Shown in pieces: positions 10,804 to 21,246 of a stretch of 64,000 nucleotides of DNA; position 1 is the stretch's first letter, and every line of letters starts with the position of its first letter. The translations under genes and the position numbers were made by a program. Where the stretch lies: positions 480,001-544,000 of the forward strand of contig CBDANF010000003.1 of the NCBI GenBank assembly GCA_965197475.1, in the 5' to 3' direction. A model generated the notes under the pieces. It ran no database searches. It saw nothing but the letters and a program-made list of their open reading frames with translations, and was not told the DNA's origin. The DNA is from Candidatus Poribacteria bacterium. GTDB lineage: Bacteria > Poribacteria > WGA-4E > WGA-3G.

Positions 10804-10971
10804 TCATTCTGATATTTCTCAGAATGGTCTTCAACCTAATAATCATCAATAGAAACAAGGTGTAACGCCATGGAAATGCGTTTTTGCTGTGTCCATTTTC
10901 CTTGACTTTTATAGCATGAGAGCCCATCCTAATTACAGTTTCAGACATAAAATGCATTAGGAGGACATCTC

Positions 10972-12126
10972 ATGCTAACTCAGCTTATCAAATCTATAAC
11001 CTTTTTTCAACTACTTCTTTCTTCACAGTTTCGCACCTTGAAACAGGGTCTTGTTCATACCTTAGTGTTTTTGTCAACCTGTCATCTGTTTGGACTTACT
11101 AACCCGAATCAAGTGGCGGATGCGCTGTCTATTCCGAAAACGAGGCTATATCGGGAACTGAACACGATGAGTCTTTATCTCTGGCAGCATCTTTTTGTGC
11201 GTATCGGGTGTTCTATTGCGTTAGAGGTGCTACAGGAGGCAGTATCAAAAAGTGCTTCTACCCTATCGCGTCTGTGTATCGTCATCAGTGTGGATGATAC
11301 CTTTGTTTTCCGTTATGGAGCGGAACTCTCCTACGTATCTGATTGGTGGTCTTCTCAAGCAAATCAGCCGATGAAGGGACAAAATATATTGGGGATCACA
11401 ATAAAGATTGGAAATCAGATCATTCCGCTGAATATGCGACTGGTCAGCAAACAAGGCCGCGGGAACACGGATAAACCCTCCTGTGTCATCACTATGTTCA
11501 AGGAAGTGGTGTTCTTCTTTGAAGAGACCGGAATAGATATCCGAAACTATCCGATCACCTTTGATTCGTGGTATGGTAGCCGCCACTTGATTGACACCTT
11601 GCGAGAAATGGGATTTGAAACGATCCTTGTGCACGGAAAAAGCAACTATGTGATGACGATTGATGAAAAAAGGGCGAAACTCTCGGAACATAAAAAGTCG
11701 ATCAAACTCCTCTCCAATCAATGGGGTTGCGATAAACCGGTCTATCGCACTAAAGCCACAAGTCCAACTTTTGGAAAAGTCGTGGTGTTGTTCTTGGCAG
11801 ACCGTGGCAAAATCCGAACAATGCTGGTATTCGGGAAACCACTCCGTGCTTGTGAAATCCTACGGATATGGTCTCAACACCACGGTATAGAACAGTATTG
11901 GCGGCATCTAAAAACAGACCTAAACCTCGCATCCATGAGCCTAAAAGGACGGAATGGCGCGTATGCGAACTTAGGTGTGAAAGTGATGAGCTACCTTTTG
12001 ATACAGCAGGTCAGTCGCTCCGTGCGAAAAACCTTTCATCAAGGACAACTTGAACTTTCAGGACAGAGGCAGATGCTGTCTGATCTCAGCGAGCATTTTC
12101 ATGAACAAATACCAAGAAAACACTGA
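10972..12126 (+). mobile_element. DDE transposase (IS4/IS701-like superfamily)
   Basis: ISVDDT, TFDSWYG and H.GIEQYWRHLK motifs; RBS AGGAGG; imperfect inverted ends CTGATATTT[C/A]TCA[G/A]AAT at ~10809-10825 and ~12147-12163. Confidence 0.85.
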
Positions 12127-12206
12127 TAAACATTGACATATGAAGAATTTTGATAAATATCAGTCTACTATAACGTGAGTTCGATAATAAAATACAAATA
12201 TAGATG

Positions 12207-12450
12207 TAGGTATGGGTTTCGCTGCGCTCTACCCCATAGGTGTCAACTTAAAGATTTTTCGAATATGAAAAATGCTCTTCAGCCCCGTAGGGACGCAATG
12301 TTTATAGAAAACGTGGTGAACATCCGTTTGAGCCCCGTAGGGGCGGTATGTTATAGCCTCGGTTTACCAATCAAGATATGTCGCTCCTACGGAGCTCAAG
12401 AGTTGTGTTGATACGCCGTGCTATAAACATATCGTCCTTACGGGACTAAA
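12207..12450. repeat. REP hairpin + CATAGGTGTCAACTTAA MITE end + REPIN-like cluster (GCCCCGTAGGGGCG variant)
   Basis: Four GCCCCGTAGGG-type units, two forward and two inverted, at 12281-12448. Confidence 0.7.
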
Positions 12451-12979
12451 TATGGGACAGTCTCAATCATAATGCTCATTGAGAGGTGTTCATAAAACTC
12501 AGAAATTACCTTAAGTTAACCTTTCTTGTGGAGGGCTTTGTAAGCCCGATTTTTGAGACTCGAGTTGTTAAATCCAAATCAACGCCGAATGTGCTTGGCA
12601 GAATACGCGTATGGTATTCTGCATGATTCGTCGGGGTTGGAAACCCCTCCCACGGGGAAAATCCGTGTAATCCGAGTCTCAGAACAAGACACAAACCGAT
12701 TAATTCCAACAAAAAACGGATTCATTTTCTTAAATCGACGCTTATGGCGCGCTGCTTACGCGCACCTATCTTTTTTCGGAGCTTATTTGGATACGTATAA
12801 AAATCTCATTTTCGCGTATCTCTAAATCCTATAAATCGCGTATGCATCCAAAAAAATACATTTTTATGAAAAAGTACTATCTTTTTGTTGGCAAATGTAT
12901 CTTTATACACAAAGGATACTTTATGTTTTGAGCGTTTTCAAACTTGTTTACTTGCATCTGGCATGAAAAAGGAGAAAGA

Positions 12980-13759
12980 ATGTTTAAAGAATTTCTCAAC
13001 AACAACTGGTTTTTCATAGGAATTGGGTTTGTAGTGATTTTTGGTATCGGATGCTATCTATGGTTTCAGAACGACCTTGCTAACTTCCGACAACACTATG
13101 CATCAATTAGTCAACTTAGTAAATCCAAAGAAACGCGAAAGGCCGGAAGCTTACAAACAGAGCAGAGCGACAAACCACAACCTGAAGCGCAATCTGTGAA
13201 AAACAGTCCTGCTCCCAAAAACACTACTGATGGCACACATAGTGTCACCAGTACAATAGAGGAAAACTCAGAAAACGTCACTGATACTACGTTAGAAGGG
13301 ACAATTGAGGAAACTGTTTCAACGGAAGAGGAAGCAGCGGAAAACCTCTCACCTGAAGAATTGAGGGAACAAGAACTCAAAAAACGACTGAAGGATATCT
13401 CTGCACAGATGAAAGTATTGATAGAAAAAGCAGGCGGTAAAGTAGACGCTTCAAGCGACCCTGAAGTGAGACGTGAGATGCAGCAGCTTACAACAGAAAT
13501 GTTTCAAATTATGCAAGAAGGGGTAAAAGAAGAAGACCAACCAGCCTTCAACTTCTTCATGAATTTAATGACAATAGGAAACAATTCCGTAAACTCAAAA
13601 GGTGAATTGATTGTTTCCGAATATGTAAAAATGGCAGATTTAATGGAATCCGCAGGAATGGGTGAAATAGCAAAAGGTATGCGTGCCTTAGCACAGATCG
13701 CTATAGATAGTGGAAGCGATGTAATTAAACCCGAGCATATTAATAAGGCTCTCAGATAA
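12980..13759 (+). CDS. Hypothetical N-terminally membrane-anchored protein
   Basis: ATG at 12980 after AAAGGAG; TM segment WFFIGIGFVVIFGIGCYLW; low-complexity linker, then a helical domain. Confidence 0.7.
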   Translation: MFKEFLNNNWFFIGIGFVVIFGIGCYLWFQNDLANFRQHYASISQLSKSKETRKAGSLQTEQSDKPQPEAQSVKNSPAPKNTTDGTHSVTSTIEENSENVTDTTLEGTIEETVSTEEEAAENLSPEELREQELKKRLKDISAQMKVLIEKAGGKVDASSDPEVRREMQQLTTEMFQIMQEGVKEEDQPAFNFFMNLMTIGNNSVNSKGELIVSEYVKMADLMESAGMGEIAKGMRALAQIAIDSGSDVIKPEHINKALR

Positions 13760-14007
13760 AGTCAAAGTTTATTGTATAACGTAACTCGTTTACGATATGC
13801 TTTTTTGAACCTGTTTTCGACACACCAAATCCACACCGATTGCCATCAGTGCCTTCGGTGTGGATTCGTGGAACGATCTGTAATGTCTCCTTCGGTATAT
13901 CTCACAACATTCTTCTTCAGTTCATACCTTTGACAAAACTTTACACACCCCAAAAAAACTTTGCTTGCAATCTGATCGTAATTGTGTTATCCTATCTATA
14001 AAGAAAT

Positions 14008-14129
14008 CAGGACTTACGCAATGTGTTTAAAAGTCCCCTTGATAAGGGGGATTTAGGGGGTTAAAAGCACTAAATTCTGCCTATTTAACCCCCCTAACCC
14101 CCCTTATCAAGGGGAATGCGTAAGTCCTG
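14008..14129. mobile_element. 122-bp palindromic MITE, 13-bp TIR CAGGACTTACGCA, 5-bp TSD GAAAT
   Basis: GAAAT at 14003-14007 and 14130-14134; near-identical copy at 17926-18047. Confidence 0.9.
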
Positions 14130-14154
14130 GAAATATACAAACGGGGACAAAGCA

Positions 14155-14961
14155 ATGAAATTGGGTTTATGCACCATCACTTTTCAAGAAAAACCGTTGG
14201 AAGAGGTCATCAATATCGCTGCTGACTACGGATTTGATGGGATAGAGGTTTGGGGAAAACCGCCACACATGCCAGCGGAATACGATGAAATTCATATAAA
14301 AAACATTAGGGATTTAGTTCAACAAAAAGGATTGGCGATTTCCGCATTCGGATCCTACGTAGAACCGTTGCGGCATCTTCATCAAAAATATTTTGAAGAA
14401 GCGTTTAAAATTGCGCATGAACTTGGTACCGATCTGGTTAGAATCTGGTCAGGTGGAGGTCCATCAAAATCCATAGCACCTGCCGATAAACGACTGATCC
14501 TTTTCCGATTAGTCAGTTTGGCACAATGGGCGAGTTTCCGTAGTATAAAATTGGGCATGGAAATGCATAATAACCATCTTACAGACACTGTTGATAGTAT
14601 CATAGAGATAATTGAGAGTACTAACTTATCCTCTCTTAAAACCTACTATCAACCACTTGCTCGGTTTGATGCTGATGAACCCCATACAGCGGCACAACGA
14701 CTCGCATCTCACGTTGTGAACGTGCATGCACAAAACTTTGATGAAAACGGAAAAGCATGTGCAATCGCGGATGGTGTTGTTGACTATAGCAGGATTGTGG
14801 AGACACTAAGTGGGGCAGATTATGAGGGTTACGTTCAGGTAGAATTTGTACACGGTGATAACAAATTAGAAGCTTTACAACGCGACAGAGACTACCTCGC
14901 GAGTTTAACTACGCCTTTAGCAGAGAGTTCCTTGAAAAATTTGGACACCGCGCCTGTATAA
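14155..14961 (+). CDS. Sugar phosphate isomerase/epimerase (AP endonuclease 2 TIM barrel)
   Basis: MKLGLCTITF, GFDGIEVWG, GMEMH, NVHAQN, VQVEF. The ORF-track start (14116) lies inside the MITE, so 14155 is preferred. Confidence 0.85.
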   Translation: MKLGLCTITFQEKPLEEVINIAADYGFDGIEVWGKPPHMPAEYDEIHIKNIRDLVQQKGLAISAFGSYVEPLRHLHQKYFEEAFKIAHELGTDLVRIWSGGGPSKSIAPADKRLILFRLVSLAQWASFRSIKLGMEMHNNHLTDTVDSIIEIIESTNLSSLKTYYQPLARFDADEPHTAAQRLASHVVNVHAQNFDENGKACAIADGVVDYSRIVETLSGADYEGYVQVEFVHGDNKLEALQRDRDYLASLTTPLAESSLKNLDTAPV

Positions 14962-14986
14962 TAAACAGAATCGGTTTATTCGTTGT

Positions 14987-15601
14987 ATGCGGTTAGAAGT
15001 CGGTATCATCGCATTAGTGGAAGAGGTATTGGGAACAACTGCAGATAAACGTATGCAGTTTGAATGGCTTTGTAATAAGCCGTGCCGTGAGCATTTCTGC
15101 GAATATTACGACCCTCTGATGGAACTCTACGTTGAACTTAACGGTGACTGGAAAGGGACATCAGCAAAGTCTGACGGTTATCTTACGCCAGATGCATATT
15201 TTCCCGAACCGTATCATTTTATCTTTGAGTTTGATGAACTGCAACACTTCACCCGGTTCCGAGAATTGACATTCAGGTTTTATCCTGAGAATATACCGCT
15301 TGCTTACGCACCGGAGACGTATATAGAGTTTTGCCAGCAGCACCACGATGCGGCACTTGCAAAGGGGCCTGACCGATTTCGACGGCGCACTGCTGATTTT
15401 CCTTACGTTAACGGTCGCGCTGCACAACGTGCTTTCTTTGACACTTTCAGGGATTGGCTTCCCCCACGACACGGGCTGAATCCTACGGTGAGACTAGCTG
15501 AATTTGAAGTTAAACCTATTCTCAACGGAGAATTAACTGGAAATGCCGCGAATGCCTACATGGAACGGTTAATTTGTGAGCGAATCGTGACTTCCAGATA
15601 G
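14987..15601 (+). CDS. Hypothetical protein, probable PD-(D/E)xK / Vsr-like nuclease fold
   Basis: LTPDAYFP...IFEFDELQH motif. Confidence 0.55.
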   Translation: MRLEVGIIALVEEVLGTTADKRMQFEWLCNKPCREHFCEYYDPLMELYVELNGDWKGTSAKSDGYLTPDAYFPEPYHFIFEFDELQHFTRFRELTFRFYPENIPLAYAPETYIEFCQQHHDAALAKGPDRFRRRTADFPYVNGRAAQRAFFDTFRDWLPPRHGLNPTVRLAEFEVKPILNGELTGNAANAYMERLICERIVTSR

Positions 15602-15641
15602 CGAGCTGGAACAATAGAAAAGGTAGGGCACATTACACTAC

Positions 15642-16571
15642 ATGGACAACCTAACTGGTTCAACAGTGAATCTATCAGATTATCCACTGCTTCAACTGAT
15701 TGGACAGACTCCCCTCACCAAAATTGATCTCTTTTCTAAAGAATTGCCAAATATAGAGATCTATGCGAAAGTGGAGACCTATAACCCCGGCGGTTCCATC
15801 AAAGACCGACCAGTTTTGCGAATGTTAACGGAGGCAATTGCTTCTGGAGAACTCACACGCGAAAAAGTGATTTTAGATTCCAGCTCAGGCAATGCGGGGA
15901 TCGCTTACGCTATGATCGGTGCCATCCTTGGATATAAAGTTGAACTCGTGATTCCAGACAATGCAACTGAAGAACGAAAAAAACGCATCAGTTCACACGG
16001 CGCAGAGATTATCTATACCGATGCAATCCTTGGCTATGATGAAGCACTGCGAGAAGTTGATCGCAGGTACGAAGCACAACCGGAAAAATATTTTTTCAAA
16101 TCGCAATACGAAAATGAAAATAACTGGCGTGCCCATTTTGATACTACAGGTGTAGAAATCTGGGAGCAAACTGGTGGAAAACTGACCCATTTTGTCGCGG
16201 GTGTAGGAACAGGTGGCACTATCACAGGCGTAGGACGACGACTCAAAGATTATAATCCTGATATTCAGGTCTGTTCCATTGCACCTGAGAGGTTTCCTGG
16301 GATTGAAGGATTAAAACCTCTTGGACATCATGATGACATTGTACCTGAAATTCTTGATGAAAATGTTATTGATTACCGAATTCCTGCCTCAATTGAAAAT
16401 GCGCACGAAATGTGTAGCCGTCTTGCACGACAAGGTTGGTTTGTTGGGACATCTTCCGGTGGGTATCTTTACGGCGCATACAAACTTGCACAACAGATAC
16501 AGAAAGGTGTTATCGTTACAGTGTTTAATGACCTTGGTGAAAGATATTTTAGTATGAGATTGTGGGATTGA
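15642..16571 (+). CDS. cysM: PLP-dependent cysteine synthase family protein
   Basis: IGQTPL, NPGGSIKDR, SSGNAG, GVGTGGT motifs. Confidence 0.88.
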   Translation: MDNLTGSTVNLSDYPLLQLIGQTPLTKIDLFSKELPNIEIYAKVETYNPGGSIKDRPVLRMLTEAIASGELTREKVILDSSSGNAGIAYAMIGAILGYKVELVIPDNATEERKKRISSHGAEIIYTDAILGYDEALREVDRRYEAQPEKYFFKSQYENENNWRAHFDTTGVEIWEQTGGKLTHFVAGVGTGGTITGVGRRLKDYNPDIQVCSIAPERFPGIEGLKPLGHHDDIVPEILDENVIDYRIPASIENAHEMCSRLARQGWFVGTSSGGYLYGAYKLAQQIQKGVIVTVFNDLGERYFSMRLWD

Positions 16572-16617
16572 CGTATCTTTTGATCGAAGATTCCGAACGA
16601 AGTAAAATAGGAGTTCT

Positions 16618-17880
16618 ATGGAAACGACAGTTATTCCGTTTCGTGGCTTACGCTACAATTTAGGGAAGGTGGAAAATATCACCGATGTTATCGCACCGCC
16701 TTATGATGTCATCAAACCTGAAGAACGGATTGAGTTGGAAGCGCGGCATCCCACTAATATCATCCGCTTAATTTTGAGCCAGCCGCGCGACAATGACACT
16801 GAAAACGATAATCAATACACACGCGCTGCCGCATTACTGAACCAATGGATTTCTGACCAAACCCTCGTCCGAGACACCACCCCTCGTTATTATATCTACG
16901 ATCAATCCTTTCACGCACCAGATGGAAAGCACTATACACGCCGTGCTATAATTGCCCTCGGTAAACTTGAACCTTTTGAAAATAGGGTTATTCTGCCTCA
17001 CGAAAAGACACATGCGGGACCGAAGATTGATCGACTCAATCTGATGCGGACTTGTCATGCGAACCTTAGTCCAATATTTCTTTTCTACCAAGATCCAAAC
17101 GGTGATATTGAGCAGATCATGCAGGGTTTTACCGATAAAACCCCCCCCGAAGTAGATTGCACTGAAACTTTTGGAAGTACACATCAATTGTGGTGTTTAG
17201 ACAATCCTGAATCCAATCGTGAAATTCAAAACCTATTTTCGTCGAAACCACTTCTGATTGCCGATGGACATCACCGCTATGAAACTGCCCTTGCATTTCG
17301 TGATGAGACGGTAAAGAATGCGGAAGACAAGACATCTGAGGGTTATGGCTATATGATGATGAATCTTGTCCGTATGGAATCATCGGGTTTAGCTGTTTTA
17401 GCAATTCACCGTTTACTGAGTAATCTTACTACAGAACAGATCAATCATGCTATTGCCGGGTTGCCCGAAGTATTTGAGGTACACGAAATCGATTCCCTTT
17501 CAAATCTTATGGAAAAATTGGGTACGTTTAAAGGGAAATCTCCTGCTGTTGGCATGTCCACACCTGACAAAAAATATCGTTTGTTAATTCCGCATTCCGC
17601 GTCTGCAGGACAATTAGATGTTACGCTTGTTCAAGAGACCATTATCAACAAGTTGTTTAAGGTCGAGACATTAGCAGACCATATCAGTTATACTGCTTAT
17701 GCTGATGATGCTGTAGCTCATGTTCATTATACGCAGCACCGTGTTGCATTACTCATGAATCCTACACCAGTTGAGCAGGTTTTAGATGTCGCAATGGCAG
17801 GATTGGTGATGCCGCAGAAATCAACTTATTTCTATCCAAAGATGGCGACAGGATTCGTTGTGAACCTATTGAATAGATAA
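16618..17880 (+). CDS. DUF1015 family protein
   Basis: PFRGLRY, APPYDVI, PHEKT, IADGHHRYETA, MPQKSTYFYPK. Confidence 0.9.
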   Translation: METTVIPFRGLRYNLGKVENITDVIAPPYDVIKPEERIELEARHPTNIIRLILSQPRDNDTENDNQYTRAAALLNQWISDQTLVRDTTPRYYIYDQSFHAPDGKHYTRRAIIALGKLEPFENRVILPHEKTHAGPKIDRLNLMRTCHANLSPIFLFYQDPNGDIEQIMQGFTDKTPPEVDCTETFGSTHQLWCLDNPESNREIQNLFSSKPLLIADGHHRYETALAFRDETVKNAEDKTSEGYGYMMMNLVRMESSGLAVLAIHRLLSNLTTEQINHAIAGLPEVFEVHEIDSLSNLMEKLGTFKGKSPAVGMSTPDKKYRLLIPHSASAGQLDVTLVQETIINKLFKVETLADHISYTAYADDAVAHVHYTQHRVALLMNPTPVEQVLDVAMAGLVMPQKSTYFYPKMATGFVVNLLNR

Positions 17881-17925
17881 ACCAGAACAATATTGTGGTA
17901 AGCGTGCTGTTTATTGTTTTAAAGT

Positions 17926-18047
17926 CAGGACTTACGCAATGTGTTTAAAAGTCCCACTGATAAGGGGGATTTAGGGGGTTAAAAGCACCAAATTCTGCCT
18001 ATTTAACCCCCTAACCCCCCTTATCAAGGGGGAATGCGTAAGTCCTG
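17926..18047. mobile_element. Second copy of the CAGGACTTACGCA MITE, 5-bp TSD AAAGT
   Basis: AAAGT at 17921-17925 and 18048-18052. Confidence 0.9.
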
Positions 18048-18091
18048 AAAGTAATCATAGGCTTTACTCAACACAGGAGATAGTTGACATT

Positions 18092-21019
18092 ATGAAAATA
18101 CGGAAAATTCTTATAACTGCAATCGTTTTCGCAAGCATCATTTCGATTCTTCCAATTTCTCATGCTTTTGAGTTTTCTTGGCAAATAGACGAAACACCTG
18201 AAGGTCAAGAGAGTGCAACTGCCGTCGAACCGATAGAAGTAACACTCTTAGATCAGCCTATACACGTGTCATCTCACAGTGCAGCAATTTTTTTAATGAA
18301 AAAGTATTCAGTTTACATAGATACAAACTGGAGCGGTTTAGACGCATACAAGCTGCTACAAACATTTGAATCGATACCACAACGAACGAATTGGAGATTT
18401 GCGAGACAAGATGTGTCTCCGTCGGTTTGGCAAATCAGTAATAGCCACATTCATAACGACATAGACATAGAACATAGAAGTGACACAAGAGTAGTCACAA
18501 TCGCATCTGATGCTTTTACCTATGCAAACCCCCTATTAGCAGAAATTGAAGGTGTCCGAGGCAGATTCTTTTCCAAACGGCTACATAATGCTGTCGTTCG
18601 GTTTGTAACCGATGACGGTAATAATAGAGATGTTATCAATAAAATACTGCGAGAACGTTATGATGTAAGCATTGATGTACCTGATTATGCAGAATTGACA
18701 AAATACACGACAGGTGAGAATCGCCACCGCTTCTCTGAATTCAAAAGCGAAGAATTATTGGTAATTCTTTCTATGCTTGAGGAATTTCCCCAAGGGATGC
18801 TTACTACACCAGGACTCAAATACCTTGTTCGCAGACTTGACGGCACGCCCAACCCCATATACCCAACAGCCCCTGCCATTGCATGGACAAGCGCAGGATA
18901 CATTGAATTCATGGAATCTGCTTTTAAAAATGCAGGCTATGACTATATGCACCGTCTGATTCTGCATGAAAAGGCACATTTTCTTTGGGAATACTTATTT
19001 GACGAACAACTCAAACAAGATTGGATTGAAATCGGCGGCTGGTATGAAAACCCCGACGACAAGGATGGATGGTCAACTACAAAGCAAGTTGAATTTGTAT
19101 CTGCTTATGCACACGGAATCAACCCGAACGAGGACATGGCAGAGAGTATTAGTTTTTACATTGTGAGACCTGACAAATTACGCTCACGTGCCCCCGCAAA
19201 ATACGAATTTATCCAAAATCGCATCATGCACGGCACACGATACATCTCACAAATTAGAGAGGATTTAACATTTGAAGTTTATAACTTATATCCTGACTAC
19301 GTCTATCCTGGAAGAATCATACGAATAGACATTCAAGTTGAAGGTGAACCCGAAGAAGATAAACTCGCAAAAATTGAAATAGAATTACACAAAGAAAGCG
19401 AATTAGACGCAGCGACAGTGGCATCTATCAGAATATTCAGTCCAAAAGGATCGTATACTGGGTTAAGACTGCGTCCAGTTGACGCACAAGGTAATAGGAT
19501 ACCTGCGGGACACATCTTACGAGGAAGTGTAGAAATTTCACGATATGCCCCTGACGGCTATTGGAATCCTGACCAAATCAATTTAACAGACGCAAACTCC
19601 AACAGTCGTTATAGTTCAAAAGTCGATTTCAATTGGATGATGTATATAAACAACCCGTTAGCTGATTGCGAACCCCCGAAATATGTGTCAAACACAATGC
19701 GATTGTCACTCTCACAACCCCAAAATACTGATGAAGGTGAATATCAGATAGTTACAGCAAGATGGCAAGCAACTGATAAAACAGACATAGACACATTAGC
19801 AGCACGGATAAACGACACATTTTTAGAAACATACTCACGCTTTTCATACGGCAAATTTGACCCTGAAACAAACACGGCAGAAGTCAATTTTAAGTTCCCA
19901 AACTACATGCCTGGCGGTGTATATAGTCTCAACTATATCACAATGAGAGACATAGCATTAAACTATTCTGCATACTATTTCACCGATCCAGAGATGGACG
20001 AAGCACCACAAACAATAGAGATACACACTACGAATCCCGACTTTGAGACACCCGAATTGGATATGAACAATATCACTATAGAAGCCACACCGACAAACCC
20101 TGAAGAACCGAATGGAGAAACTATAGTTGATATAACATTCTTTGCTAGAGATAATATTAGCGGTTACACCAAATCAGATATGCGTTTACGCGACCCGAAC
20201 GGCGTCATACATTTGTTCCGCCACTATCCTAAAGGACGAAGTGCTTTATATTTCCCTGGCGATCCGACTATATATAAAGAATACAACAAAACAATCGTAT
20301 TATCAGTCGGTAGCATTCCTGGAATTTGGGGACTTGCAGAAATGGTTCTCTATGACAAAGCAGGTAACACTCTCAAAGCCGATTTTACAGAGATCGTGCG
20401 GTTTGTCGTTGATGATACACCCGGTTCCGCTAACAAAACAGATGTCAACGGTGATGGCAAGGTCAACATTCTTGATCTGGTTTTTGTTGCGAATGCATTT
20501 GATGAATATGACGCGAAAGCGGATGTCAACGGAGATGGGGTGGTTAGCATACTGGATTTAGTATTAGTCGCAAGCTCCCTGGGAAATGACGAAATGGCAG
20601 CACCAAGTCTACACAAAAACGACCTTCAAAACTGGCTAACATTAGCACTTCAAAATGACAACGGAAGCTATAGGTATCGCCAAGGTCTAAACGTGTTACA
20701 ACGTCTGCTACTCACAGCACAACCCGAAAAAACAGCGCTGTTGCCAAACTATCCAAACCCATTCAATCCGGAGACGTGGATACCGTATCAATTAGCAGAA
20801 CCCGCAGATGTCACACTACACATTTATACTTCAGAAGGAAAGATTGTAAGAACATTTGAAATTGGACACAGACGGGCAGGTAAATATATCACAAAAAGTA
20901 GTGCCGCGTATTGGGATGGTAAAAACAGTTTTGGCGAAGTAGTTTCGACTGGTATATACTTCTATGAATTGCGAACCGATAACCAATCATTCACGAGAAA
21001 AATGATAATCGTCAAATAG
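18092..21019 (+). CDS. Secreted putative zinc metallopeptidase with dockerin-like repeats and a C-terminal sorting (FlgD/T9SS-like) domain
   Basis: Signal peptide; HEKAH (HExxH) plus EDMAES; two DVNGDG.V.ILDLV repeats; LLPNYPNPFNPETWIPYQL...GIYFY tail. Confidence 0.8.
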   Translation: MKIRKILITAIVFASIISILPISHAFEFSWQIDETPEGQESATAVEPIEVTLLDQPIHVSSHSAAIFLMKKYSVYIDTNWSGLDAYKLLQTFESIPQRTNWRFARQDVSPSVWQISNSHIHNDIDIEHRSDTRVVTIASDAFTYANPLLAEIEGVRGRFFSKRLHNAVVRFVTDDGNNRDVINKILRERYDVSIDVPDYAELTKYTTGENRHRFSEFKSEELLVILSMLEEFPQGMLTTPGLKYLVRRLDGTPNPIYPTAPAIAWTSAGYIEFMESAFKNAGYDYMHRLILHEKAHFLWEYLFDEQLKQDWIEIGGWYENPDDKDGWSTTKQVEFVSAYAHGINPNEDMAESISFYIVRPDKLRSRAPAKYEFIQNRIMHGTRYISQIREDLTFEVYNLYPDYVYPGRIIRIDIQVEGEPEEDKLAKIEIELHKESELDAATVASIRIFSPKGSYTGLRLRPVDAQGNRIPAGHILRGSVEISRYAPDGYWNPDQINLTDANSNSRYSSKVDFNWMMYINNPLADCEPPKYVSNTMRLSLSQPQNTDEGEYQIVTARWQATDKTDIDTLAARINDTFLETYSRFSYGKFDPETNTAEVNFKFPNYMPGGVYSLNYITMRDIALNYSAYYFTDPEMDEAPQTIEIHTTNPDFETPELDMNNITIEATPTNPEEPNGETIVDITFFARDNISGYTKSDMRLRDPNGVIHLFRHYPKGRSALYFPGDPTIYKEYNKTIVLSVGSIPGIWGLAEMVLYDKAGNTLKADFTEIVRFVVDDTPGSANKTDVNGDGKVNILDLVFVANAFDEYDAKADVNGDGVVSILDLVLVASSLGNDEMAAPSLHKNDLQNWLTLALQNDNGSYRYRQGLNVLQRLLLTAQPEKTALLPNYPNPFNPETWIPYQLAEPADVTLHIYTSEGKIVRTFEIGHRRAGKYITKSSAAYWDGKNSFGEVVSTGIYFYELRTDNQSFTRKMIIVK

Positions 21020-21034
21020 TATCAAATGACCATA

Positions 21035-21145
21035 GGATATCTGGAAGGTTGATGTTTATTGGCTTCCCAGCGATCATTAATGAGTGGGTTGCGTTGGGAT
21101 CGCGAGCATCCTCTTTGAGAAATGATGCGTTTAGCGATAAACGTG
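21035..21145 (-). ncRNA. Putative structured small RNA inside the DUF1670 element
   Basis: Lies just downstream of a near-consensus promoter; four adjacent short stems; no credible ORF or RBS. Confidence 0.4.
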
Positions 21146-21150
21146 TCTAA

Positions 21151-21179
21151 AGTATAGCAAAACCAGTAGCGGTTGTCAA
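21151..21179 (-). promoter_or_regulatory. Near-consensus sigma70 promoter TTGACA-17-TATACT with extended TG
   Basis: Minus strand TTGACA accgctactggttttgc TATACT. Confidence 0.75.
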
Positions 21180-21246
21180 CCATATTTTCAAGGCACCTGC
21201 CCCGGTTTTGCGAAGTAAAGTTCGTCGGGAACATAGGATTAGGGTC

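Noticed and set aside
14008-18047. Single composite transposon spanning both MITE copies
   Set aside because: Each copy has its own distinct TSD; the outer flanks (GAAAT vs AAAGT) differ.
21022-21234. 70-aa ORF downstream of the DUF1670 pair
   Set aside because: No RBS and no recognisable motif; it runs through a near-consensus promoter and the TIR.
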